Of a stretch of DNA of 64,000 bases, positions 45,990 to 53,966 are shown one piece after another. A program made the translations under genes and the position numbers. The notes below the pieces were generated by a model. The model saw nothing but the letters and a program-made list of their open reading frames with translations, was not told where the DNA came from and did not search any database. Within the stretch, counting starts at the first letter, position 1. Each line of letters opens with the position of its first letter. Origin of the DNA: Vulcanimicrobiota bacterium (GTDB lineage: Bacteria; Vulcanimicrobiota; Vulcanimicrobiia; Vulcanimicrobiales; Vulcanimicrobiaceae). The stretch spans positions 1,056,001-1,120,000 of the forward strand of contig CAVTCS010000003.1 of assembly GCA_963733295.1 (NCBI GenBank). Reading direction: 5' to 3'.

Positions 45990-48900
45990 TTAGCGTACCT
46001 CGAGGAGTGCTTTGGCCCTGGCTAAGAGAGCGTCGATATCGAGTTCGGCCATGCTCGACGCGGACTCGCCGGATGTGGCCGGGGTTGCGGGTTCGGGCGC
46101 AGCGACGTCGCGATTCACATCCTTGATGTCGCCCTCCTTTGAGAACGTCACGACCTGCTCGGTGCGCGAGCCGTCGCGGTAGTACGTGAAGCCCTTGCAG
46201 CCTGACTCGTACGCGCGGAAGATCGCGCGCGAGACGTTTTCTCTGGTGTCGTCGTTCGGTGCGTTGATCGTCTTGCTCACGGCGTTGCACGTGTATTTTT
46301 GAAACGCCGCCAACATGTCGATGTGTTGATCGACGGTAACGTCGGCCGACGTCGTGAAGACCTGCTGCCAGCGTTCGGGAACTTCGCCGAGCCCCTTGAC
46401 CGAACCGCGGTTCGTCTCGATCTTTCCGAGCAGCTCCTCCGAATAGAATCCCTCGTCTTTTGAAATTTCCTCGAAGAGCGGCACCACGTAGTACAGGTGT
46501 TGCGGGCGGCCTTCGGCATCTTTCATGACGTGCTTCGTATACGCCATTCCGAAGTACGGTTCGCAACCGAAGCTGCAGCCGGCGATCATCGAGATCGTTC
46601 CGGTCGGCGCGATCGACAAGAGCGCGGCGTTGCGGCGCGGGCGCGGATCCTTGGCCCACTTCGAGAGATGCTTGTTGGGAAAATCGCCGCGCTCGCGCGC
46701 CAGCAACTCGCTCGTCTCTTCGGCGCGCTGCTGGATGAACTTCATCAGCTTGGCCGCAAACTCGATCGCCTCCGGCGAGCCGTAGGCCGTCTCCATTTGA
46801 ATGAGCAGGTCGGCAAAGCCCATGATTCCCAGACCGACGCGACGGTTGTTGGTGACCATCTCGCGGATCTCGTCCAACGGGTAAATATTCGCGTCGATGA
46901 CGTTGTCGAGGAAGCGGATCGAAAGCGCAACCGTTTGCGCAAGGCGCTCCCAGTCGACGTCCTTCGCCTGTGCGTCGTAGTATTGCCCGACGTTGATCGA
47001 GCCTAAGTTGCAAGAATCCCATCCATGCAAGCTTTGCTCGCCGCAATTTCGGGAATTTACATATATGTGCTTCTTGCGACCGGCCTTTGTTTGGGCTTCG
47101 AATCCTCCGCAGTAGAAATTGTGGAAGTTATCGACCGTCCCGTTATAGACGTCCTCGAAACCGTCGAGCTCGACGGACAGAACGCGATGGTTAAAGACGC
47201 TTGCGGCTTCTTGCAGTTCCGAATAACTGCGGAAGGGACTGCTTTCGCGCGAGATCTCTACGGAAATTCCGCGAGCTTTGCACGCATCGGCCCAATCTCG
47301 TTTGAGGACGATCGGTTGGCTCGTCTTCAACTCCGTATACACGTCGAGCTGCTTCTCGCGAAGCTCCGCTTTCATCTTATCGAGCGTGATCCGGCGTGCA
47401 GCATGGCGGCGAACGTTGATGTTAGGGTCGCTGTTGAGCTTCCGCAGATTACACGCTTGCGAGCAGTAACCGATCTCGCGATCGACGTAGCGAACGGAAA
47501 ACTCGTCCTTACAGACCTCGCAGATTTTATAGACGAAGAGCAAGCCGGCAGCAATCTCGGCTTCGTAGCCTTGAGCGATCGCTTCCTCAAAATGGCGGAC
47601 GACTCGCGGATCGACGCTCTCCAGCCCGGGACGTAACCCGAGCTGCTGACACGCCCATTTCGCAAGGCCGCGCACTCCGCCATTGAGGTTGTCACGTCGC
47701 CACCCGCTGAACTGCTGGGGCAGTGATCTCTCAACTGCGAACGCAGCCCACTCGTCTTCCGAGAAGCGTCTCCCAAGCGTGGTCGCTAGCTCGAGCGCGG
47801 CCTCCCGGACGTCATCGTTGCTCCAGCCGGAGAAACGTGCGTTGTTTTCGCCGGTGTTATTTTGCGAATGTTTGGCACGATAGGCTTCCCAACGCTCCGC
47901 GCTCCAATCAGTTTGCGCCCGCCGCATCGGATTCAAATCGCCGAGCATTTCTTCCGCATGATGCCGGTCGTGGTCGGCCTTGCTCATGACCTGGAGATTA
48001 CCGGGCACGTTGTTTTGAGCATTCCGGTCCTTGTGGTGAACGACGTGTCCGCGGGGCACGGGTTTGCTATCGAAGAACTCGGCGATTAGGCGATGCTCGG
48101 CGCGGACGGTATGGCCGCCAAGGGTCAACCACCAATAGTTTTGTTTTGAATGGCCTCCCGCATTCGCAAGCACGTCGACGACCGGCGCCTCGAATTTGGT
48201 CATGATGGCGAGACTATCGCCCGCGCGTAGCTCGCGAACTTCCTTGTACTCGCCTTGACGCAAACGGAACTTATGGTTCGTAGTCGCGCGGATCGTCGAG
48301 TGGTCGTCGAGCGTAATCTTGTAGACCGGCAACTTCTCGCCGGTCTTACGCGGGTGTCGCATCGTGCGAACCGTCAACTTGCCGCCATCATCCGCCGTAT
48401 AAACCGGAACGTCCAAACCGGAGGCAGCGAGCTCATCGATGCGCACGTGACCGCGACCGTCCGCTACGGCAACCAGCGTGTCACCCGTTACGCACGGATT
48501 TGTTGCTTGAATGGGTCCCAAGCCTGGAAGCGGATTCCACTCGGGATGATCTAGGAAGAGCACACCGGGCTCGCCGTTCTGCCACGCGCCCTCGACGATG
48601 CCCGCCCAAATCTCTTTTGCCCGAACCGTTCGGACGACTTCTTTGCTGCGTGGATCGATCAGATCGATCGTGCCATCGTTCTTGACAGCGTTCATGAACG
48701 CATCGGTGACACCGATCGAGATGTTGAAGTTGCTGATCTGCGTTTGCAGCAGTTCTTGCTTGAGGTGCGCGAGTTCGTCGACGGTGTAGCGGCCCGTGTC
48801 GGAAAGCCTGTTCCAGAGCGCTCGATTCTCCGAGTCGAGTTCTTTCTTGCATGTCATGAACTCGAAGACGTCGGGATGATCGACGCGTAGCACGCCCATG

Positions 48901-49457
48901 TTGGCGCCGCGCCGCACGCCGCCTTGTTTGATCGAATCGGTAGCCGCGTTAAAGACCTTCATGAACGACACCGGACCCGACGCATCCCGTCCGGTGCTCT
49001 GCACTTCCGCACCCTTATGCCGAAGGTCCGAAAACGCAAATCCCGTACCTCCTCCGCTTTTTTGGATCTGTGCCATCGCTTTGACACTGTAGAAGATGCC
49101 GTCGATCGAATCGGGCACGGGCAGCACGAAACAGGCTGAGAGCATCGACAGCGGGCGTCCGGCGTTGACGAGGCAGGGCGTGTTCGGCATGAAATCGCGC
49201 CGCGCCAGCATGTCGTAGAACGCGTGACTCACGCCCGCCGCAACTGCTTCCGGATCGCGCCCGAGCCGGGTCGCATAGGGCCGTTCGGGCTCGGCGATCG
49301 CGGAGGCGACCCGCCACAAAAATTCGGTCGGCGTCTCGAGCGAACCGTCGGCTTTCTTGGCCAGGTAGCGCTCCTTGAGGACGCGCATGGCGTTACCGTC
49401 GAAGGCGGGCTCGGCGAGATCGTTCGGGAGGGAGGCGGAGTCGGAAGCCTCGGACAT
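45990..49457 (-). CDS. nrdJ: adenosylcobalamin-dependent ribonucleotide reductase (class II), intein-containing
   Basis: SACFV, GGGTG, RRGANM, NP|CGEQ, CNLGSIN, APTGTIS, KG.T.YRDGSR. Confidence 0.95.
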   Translation of the reverse strand: MSEASDSASLPNDLAEPAFDGNAMRVLKERYLAKKADGSLETPTEFLWRVASAIAEPERPYATRLGRDPEAVAAGVSHAFYDMLARRDFMPNTPCLVNAGRPLSMLSACFVLPVPDSIDGIFYSVKAMAQIQKSGGGTGFAFSDLRHKGAEVQSTGRDASGPVSFMKVFNAATDSIKQGGVRRGANMGVLRVDHPDVFEFMTCKKELDSENRALWNRLSDTGRYTVDELAHLKQELLQTQISNFNISIGVTDAFMNAVKNDGTIDLIDPRSKEVVRTVRAKEIWAGIVEGAWQNGEPGVLFLDHPEWNPLPGLGPIQATNPCVTGDTLVAVADGRGHVRIDELAASGLDVPVYTADDGGKLTVRTMRHPRKTGEKLPVYKITLDDHSTIRATTNHKFRLRQGEYKEVRELRAGDSLAIMTKFEAPVVDVLANAGGHSKQNYWWLTLGGHTVRAEHRLIAEFFDSKPVPRGHVVHHKDRNAQNNVPGNLQVMSKADHDRHHAEEMLGDLNPMRRAQTDWSAERWEAYRAKHSQNNTGENNARFSGWSNDDVREAALELATTLGRRFSEDEWAAFAVERSLPQQFSGWRRDNLNGGVRGLAKWACQQLGLRPGLESVDPRVVRHFEEAIAQGYEAEIAAGLLFVYKICEVCKDEFSVRYVDREIGYCSQACNLRKLNSDPNINVRRHAARRITLDKMKAELREKQLDVYTELKTSQPIVLKRDWADACKARGISVEISRESSPFRSYSELQEAASVFNHRVLSVELDGFEDVYNGTVDNFHNFYCGGFEAQTKAGRKKHIYVNSRNCGEQSLHGWDSCNLGSINVGQYYDAQAKDVDWERLAQTVALSIRFLDNVIDANIYPLDEIREMVTNNRRVGLGIMGFADLLIQMETAYGSPEAIEFAAKLMKFIQQRAEETSELLARERGDFPNKHLSKWAKDPRPRRNAALLSIAPTGTISMIAGCSFGCEPYFGMAYTKHVMKDAEGRPQHLYYVVPLFEEISKDEGFYSEELLGKIETNRGSVKGLGEVPERWQQVFTTSADVTVDQHIDMLAAFQKYTCNAVSKTINAPNDDTRENVSRAIFRAYESGCKGFTYYRDGSRTEQVVTFSKEGDIKDVNRDVAAPEPATPATSGESASSMAELDIDALLARAKALLEVR
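47046..48494 (-). mobile_element. 483-aa intein with HNH homing endonuclease
   Basis: Starts CVTGDTLV; block B ATTNHKF; block F DVYNGTV..HNF; ends SRN before +1 Cys; internal HHKD.N..NN...NL......H...H. Confidence 0.93.
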
Positions 49458-49503
49458 TCAAGGAACCTCCATCAGGGATACCCGCGATTCGAGAGACACT
49501 TAT

Positions 49504-49517
49504 CGAACACCTGTTCG
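49504..49517. promoter_or_regulatory. Gram-positive-type LexA (SOS) box
   Basis: CGAAC-ACCT-GTTCG within the palindrome TATCGAACACCTGTTCGATA. Confidence 0.7.
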
Positions 49518-49542
49518 ATAGAACAGGTCCGTCGGACGCTTG

Positions 49543-49590
49543 GTACGGTATATTGTACATCTCCCGAGCTAGAGACACAAGATATAGTTG
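49543..49590 (-). promoter_or_regulatory. tandem NrdR boxes overlapping the nrdJ promoter
   Basis: ACACAAGATATAGTTG (49575-49590) and GTACAATATACCGTAC (minus strand, 49543-49558), 32 bp apart; promoter TTGTGT-N17-TACAAT. Confidence 0.8.
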
Positions 49591-49720
49591 TGTGCTCGGG
49601 GTAATCCTTGGGGGTGGCATGTGGATACGTCGTGGAGAACCCCAGTTTTCTGTGTGGCGGCAGTGCACAATGCTTCCCGGTGCGGGTCGCTTTGGGGAGA
49701 AGTTCGAGGATAGCGGGGAA

Positions 49721-50239
49721 ATGAGGGGCAACGCTGGGTCGGTGCTCAGACCCGACCACTTTGCCGACCGGCTTACGAGCGTATCGCTCGAGGATCTCGC
49801 GGCAGCCGGCATCGAGGGCCTCATCGTCGACCTCGACAACACGCTCGTTGGCTACGGCAGGTCCGGGCTCGAGGCCGACGACGCGGCCTGGATCGCCGCC
49901 GCGCGCGCGGGCGGCTTGAAGATTTGCCTCGTCTCGAACAATTTCACGGGCCGGGTAACTCAGATCGCCGCCCAGCTCGGAGTTCCGTCGGTGCCGAGTG
50001 CGCTGAAGCCGCTCCCGCGAGGCTTTTTGAAAGCGCTCGAGCTACTTGGGACGCCGAAGCATCGCACGCTTGTCGTCGGCGATCAGCTGTTCACCGACGT
50101 CTTGGGTGCACGCCTCGCGGGCATGGGCTGCATCTTGACGCGCCCGCTCGTCGCCAAGGACTGGTTGGGGACGCGGATCCTGCGTCTGCTCGAACGTCTC
50201 GTGCTCGGGAAGCGCTCGTCCTCGGGATTCTTTCCCTGA
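49721..50239 (+). CDS. YqeG-family HAD IIIA phosphatase
   Basis: DLDNTLV, VSNN, KP, VGDQLFTDVLG. Confidence 0.92.
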   Translation: MRGNAGSVLRPDHFADRLTSVSLEDLAAAGIEGLIVDLDNTLVGYGRSGLEADDAAWIAAARAGGLKICLVSNNFTGRVTQIAAQLGVPSVPSALKPLPRGFLKALELLGTPKHRTLVVGDQLFTDVLGARLAGMGCILTRPLVAKDWLGTRILRLLERLVLGKRSSSGFFP

Positions 50240-50895
50240 TGCTTCCGCTCTATGTCTTCGACTTGTATGGAACGTTGGTCGACTACAACTCTCTGAGGCC
50301 CGAAATCTACTTGGTGACGCCGAATGCGACGTCGCTCGTCGACTTGTGGCGTCTCAAACAGTTGCAATATTCGATGGTCTCGAGCATGATCGGCCGCTAC
50401 GTCGACTTCGACGAGTTGACCGCGCTCGCGTTCGACTACGCGGCGGCGCAATACGGCGTACATCTCGATGCCGAGACGCGCAGACGTTTGATCGACTCGT
50501 GGTCGGAACTGCCGCCGTATCCCGACGTCGTCCCGGCGCTCGGGAAGCTGCGCGAACGCGGGGCGAAGTTGGCGGTTCTCTCGAACGGAACGCCGCGAGC
50601 TTTGTCGCGAACCGTGGAGGCCGCCAAACTCGGCGCGAACTTCGACGCGCTGCTCTCGGTCGACGTGGTGCGCGCGTATAAGCCGCGGGCCGAGGTCTAC
50701 CATCTAGCGGTCGAGCGCTTTGGTCTCGGGCGTAGCGAAATCGGCTTCGTGTCTTCGAACGGTTGGGACGCCCTGGGAGCGGCGGAGTTCGGCTTTGAGG
50801 TCACGTGGTGTAATCGCAACCGCTTGCCGGCGGAGACGTTCGGGGCGCGCCCGGCCCGTACGATCGCGACGCTCGCGGAGCTGCTCGTCGACTGA
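50239..50895 (+). CDS. haloacid dehalogenase type II
   Basis: FDLYGTL.D, WR.KQLQYS, LSNG, YKP...VY, VSSNGWD..GA. Confidence 0.92.
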   Translation: MLPLYVFDLYGTLVDYNSLRPEIYLVTPNATSLVDLWRLKQLQYSMVSSMIGRYVDFDELTALAFDYAAAQYGVHLDAETRRRLIDSWSELPPYPDVVPALGKLRERGAKLAVLSNGTPRALSRTVEAAKLGANFDALLSVDVVRAYKPRAEVYHLAVERFGLGRSEIGFVSSNGWDALGAAEFGFEVTWCNRNRLPAETFGARPARTIATLAELLVD

Positions 50896-50902
50896 GCGTC
50901 TC

Positions 50903-51622
50903 ATGAAACTCGCCGTGATCGGCGATCCTGTCGAGCACAGCCTGAGTCCCGCATTGCACCGGGGCTTTCTCGAAGCTGCCAATATGGCCGGCTCGTACCA
51001 CGCACTGCTCGTTCCCGCCGGTGAGGGCGCCGGTGCGATCGCGCACTTGCGCGCGCAAGGCTATCGCGGGCTCAACGTCACGACCCCGTTGAAGGAAGAA
51101 GCCTTTGCGGCGTGTGACCGATGCGACGAGTTCGCGCTAGCGAGCACTTCGGTCAACACGATCGTCTTCGAACCTTCCGAGACCGTCGGCTATAATACCG
51201 ATGGAATCGGCGCGCTCTCGGCGGTCGCCGGCGCGCTCGAACGGCCCAATGTCGACGGCGTGCGCATTCTCGTGCTCGGAGCCGGACCGGCCGCGCGCGC
51301 ATCGGTTGCGGCATTGATCCAAGGCGGCGCGTCGGTGCGCGTTTGGAATCGGACGGAGGCGCGCGCGCAGACGATCGTCGCGACGAGCGACGCGCGCCTG
51401 TGGCGTCCTGGCGAGGCGCTCGACGTGGTGTTCTCGACGCTGGCACCGCTAGCCAACCTCCCCGAACACGTCCAGAGCGTTTGTCGCGACGTCGCGCTGC
51501 TCGTCGACGCGAACTACGGCCCGCGCGCGACGCTCGGTGCTGCCCTCGGCCGCGAATCAATCGACGGCTACGGCATGTTGCGCGCCGGCGCGCGAGCCTC
51601 GTTCGCGCGTTTCACCGGGTAG
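50903..51622 (+). CDS. aroE: shikimate dehydrogenase
   Basis: G.PV.HSLSP..H, G.NVT.PLKE, VNT, GYNTDG.G, LGAG. Confidence 0.92.
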   Translation: MKLAVIGDPVEHSLSPALHRGFLEAANMAGSYHALLVPAGEGAGAIAHLRAQGYRGLNVTTPLKEEAFAACDRCDEFALASTSVNTIVFEPSETVGYNTDGIGALSAVAGALERPNVDGVRILVLGAGPAARASVAALIQGGASVRVWNRTEARAQTIVATSDARLWRPGEALDVVFSTLAPLANLPEHVQSVCRDVALLVDANYGPRATLGAALGRESIDGYGMLRAGARASFARFTG

Positions 51623-51627
51623 CGGCT

Positions 51628-52017
51628 ATGGCGACCACGTATTTTCTCGCCCGGCTGATCGGCCCCATCTTATTCGTGGTTGGGGCCTCGGTGTTGTTCC
51701 AAAGAGCGGTGTTTCTTGCGGTTCTCAACGATCTCATCGGGAACCGCACGGCGTTGTTCATGACCGGTCTCGTCTTGTTGCTGCTCGGACTCTTCGTGGT
51801 GCTCGTCCACAACGTTTGGAATGCGGGCTTTCTGCCGCTCGTCATAACGCTGCTAGGATGGCTGCTCGTCCTTCGCGGACTGCTCTCAATGTTTGTTCCG
51901 GGCCACGAGATCGCGCGTTTGGTACGTGTGCTAAAGTTCGAAGAATTCTCGTGGCTCTACGGAAGCGCGATCGTCGTGCTGGCAGCCTACCTAACGTGGG
52001 CCGGCTTCAGCGGCTAA
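51628..52017 (+). CDS. 4-TM membrane protein
   Basis: LARLIGP, HNVW....ITLLGW...RG pattern. Confidence 0.75.
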   Translation: MATTYFLARLIGPILFVVGASVLFQRAVFLAVLNDLIGNRTALFMTGLVLLLLGLFVVLVHNVWNAGFLPLVITLLGWLLVLRGLLSMFVPGHEIARLVRVLKFEEFSWLYGSAIVVLAAYLTWAGFSG

Positions 52018-52025
52018 GACCCGAG

Positions 52026-52115
52026 TGGCGGAGAGGGGGAGATTCGAACTCCCGAACGCTTTTAAACGTTGCTCGCTTTCCAAGCGAGTGCATTCGACCA
52101 CTCTGCCACCTCTCC
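52026..52115 (-). tRNA. tRNA-Ser(GGA)
   Basis: GGAGAGGTGGCAGAG...CTCGC-TTGGAAA-GCGAG, long variable arm, GCCA end. Confidence 0.95.
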
Positions 52116-52148
52116 GCGGGCCGGCGGGCGGAGTTCAAGACCCGGTGG

Positions 52149-52394
52149 TTAGAGACCCGCCGCGCCTAGGTCGGCGATGAAGCCTTGGACGCGCGGGTCG
52201 AGCCACCAGCGTTCCAGCGGCCCCAGCAGCGCGGGGTTTCCGCGCAACTGCGCGACGTGCTCGTTGATGCGCGCGGGGTCGGGGGACGGACCCGTGAGCT
52301 CGCCGCGGAGTGCATCGATCGCCGCGTGAGCTTCGGGCGCGTTGCCCGCGGCCGCCTTGAGATCGGCGTGCGGAAATTCCGGAAGGTCGCTCAT
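52149..52394 (-). CDS. small hypothetical protein
   Basis: Helical; ends PRV..FI..L..AGL; follows the aldolase gene. Confidence 0.6.
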   Translation of the reverse strand: MSDLPEFPHADLKAAAGNAPEAHAAIDALRGELTGPSPDPARINEHVAQLRGNPALLGPLERWWLDPRVQGFIADLGAAGL

Positions 52395-52397
52395 CCC

Positions 52398-52982
52398 TCA
52401 GCGCTTCGCCGTACCCAGCAGCAATGCTGCAAGCTCGACGTGCGCCGTTTGCTCGGCGAGGTCGGTTCGCAGGAACGCGGTCTCGAGGTCGGCCGCGACG
52501 CTCGAGACACCGTGCCGCTCCATCAGCACCGTATCGGCCTGCGCGCCGAACGCCTCGGAGCAGCGAGCAGCAAGCTCTTGCGAGCCGGGCTTGGCGAAAG
52601 CGGTGAACGCGATCGATCCGAGCGACTCGGTCGCTCCGACCGTGTCGAGCGGGAAAAGGCGGCCGAGTTTCGACCAGGCCACGCAATAGGTCGGATGCGT
52701 GTGCACGACGCAGCGAACGTCCGGCCGGGCGCGGTACGCCGCGAGGTGCAGGGGCAACTCACTCGTAGCGCGCTGCGCCGGATCGAACGGCGTCCCGTCT
52801 ATGGAGACGCGCACGAGCGATTCCGGTTCGAGCGCGCGCAACGAACGCGTCGTGGGCGTGACGACGATCGTCCCATCGCCGAGCCGGACGCTTACGTTCC
52901 CGCTCGAACCGAAGACGAGCCGGCGTTCCCAAAGCAAAGCGGAATAGCGCACGATCTCGGCGCGCGCTTGCGCTTCAGTCAC
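52398..52982 (-). CDS. class II aldolase/adducin family protein
   Basis: GNVS.R, TSE..LH...Y, VVHTH, ERHG. Confidence 0.92.
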   Translation of the reverse strand: MTEAQARAEIVRYSALLWERRLVFGSSGNVSVRLGDGTIVVTPTTRSLRALEPESLVRVSIDGTPFDPAQRATSELPLHLAAYRARPDVRCVVHTHPTYCVAWSKLGRLFPLDTVGATESLGSIAFTAFAKPGSQELAARCSEAFGAQADTVLMERHGVSSVAADLETAFLRTDLAEQTAHVELAALLLGTAKR

Positions 52983-52994
52983 GCCTACAGGCCC

Positions 52995-53882
52995 CTAAAT
53001 CGCCGAAGGGTGCCAGATCGTTTTCGTTTCGGTAAAGGCCGCGATGTTAGCGAGGTCTTGCGCCTCGGTCGAGAACCATTCGGCCGGCGAAGGCGCTGCG
53101 ATCATGCGACAGCGTTTGAGGTTGTCGGCCGCGAGCCGTTCGAGTTCCGCCGCGAAGGGAAGGTCGAGCGAGAACGCTTCGAGCGCGTTCACGTCCATGT
53201 GCCGCGCGAGGTGGGGCGCGATCTCGATGCGCCTGCCGGTGAGCACGTTCGCGGCGCCGGCGGGAATGTCGCAAGTGGCTAAGCACTCGGCGAACAGGAT
53301 CGCGCTGCGCGGCTCGCTTTCCGAGCCGAGAAGGACGATCGTGTTGCCCGAAACGAGCGGCGGCAGTGCGGCCGAAACGAGACCGAGCAACGCCGGCTCG
53401 TCGGGAGCCAAGACGCCGACGACGCCCATCGGCTCGGGCGTTGAGTAACTATAGTAGGGGCCTGCAACCGGATTGCGCGACGAGAGCAGCGCCACGTACT
53501 TGTCGCACCAACCGGCGTACCAGAGCACGCGGTCGATCGCCGTGGTGGTTTCACGCACGGCCTGCGCTTCGTCCAGTTTCATGCCGAGGCGCAGGCGTTC
53601 GACGAATTGCGCCCGGCGCGAGTCCATCATTTCCGCTAGCCGGTAGAGCACCAGGCCGCGGTTCATCGCGCTGGCCCCGGACCAGCGTGGAAAGGCGATG
53701 CGCGCGGCGACGACCGCGTCGCGGAGATCCTTGCGCGAGGCGCGCGCGATGTTGGCGGAGTCGTCGCTTCCTGCACCCGCGACCTCGCTCAGGCCCGACT
53801 CGGAGCGCACGAATTCGCCGTTGATGTACAGTTTGTAGGTCTTGCGAACGTCGAGGCGAAGCGGCTCGCCTTTCTTCGGCAC
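52995..53882 (-). CDS. truncated aldehyde dehydrogenase-like protein (NAD-binding domain only)
   Basis: KTYKLYI.G.F.RSESG, EP.GVVG, F.E.KT.W; no ELGG or catalytic Cys domain. Confidence 0.8.
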   Translation of the reverse strand: MPKKGEPLRLDVRKTYKLYINGEFVRSESGLSEVAGAGSDDSANIARASRKDLRDAVVAARIAFPRWSGASAMNRGLVLYRLAEMMDSRRAQFVERLRLGMKLDEAQAVRETTTAIDRVLWYAGWCDKYVALLSSRNPVAGPYYSYSTPEPMGVVGVLAPDEPALLGLVSAALPPLVSGNTIVLLGSESEPRSAILFAECLATCDIPAGAANVLTGRRIEIAPHLARHMDVNALEAFSLDLPFAAELERLAADNLKRCRMIAAPSPAEWFSTEAQDLANIAAFTETKTIWHPSAI

Positions 53883-53966
53883 GTCGGCTGCCTACGTCGA
53901 GCCGGGAGTCCGGCCCTCTTGCGAACTCCAAGCGGCGCTCGTACGCCGGCAGCGAAGAGTCGCCCG

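Noticed and set aside
49620..49639. DnaA-box-like TGTGGATAC / CGTGGAGAA upstream of nrdJ
   Set aside because: Imperfect matches that could be chance; not enough to call
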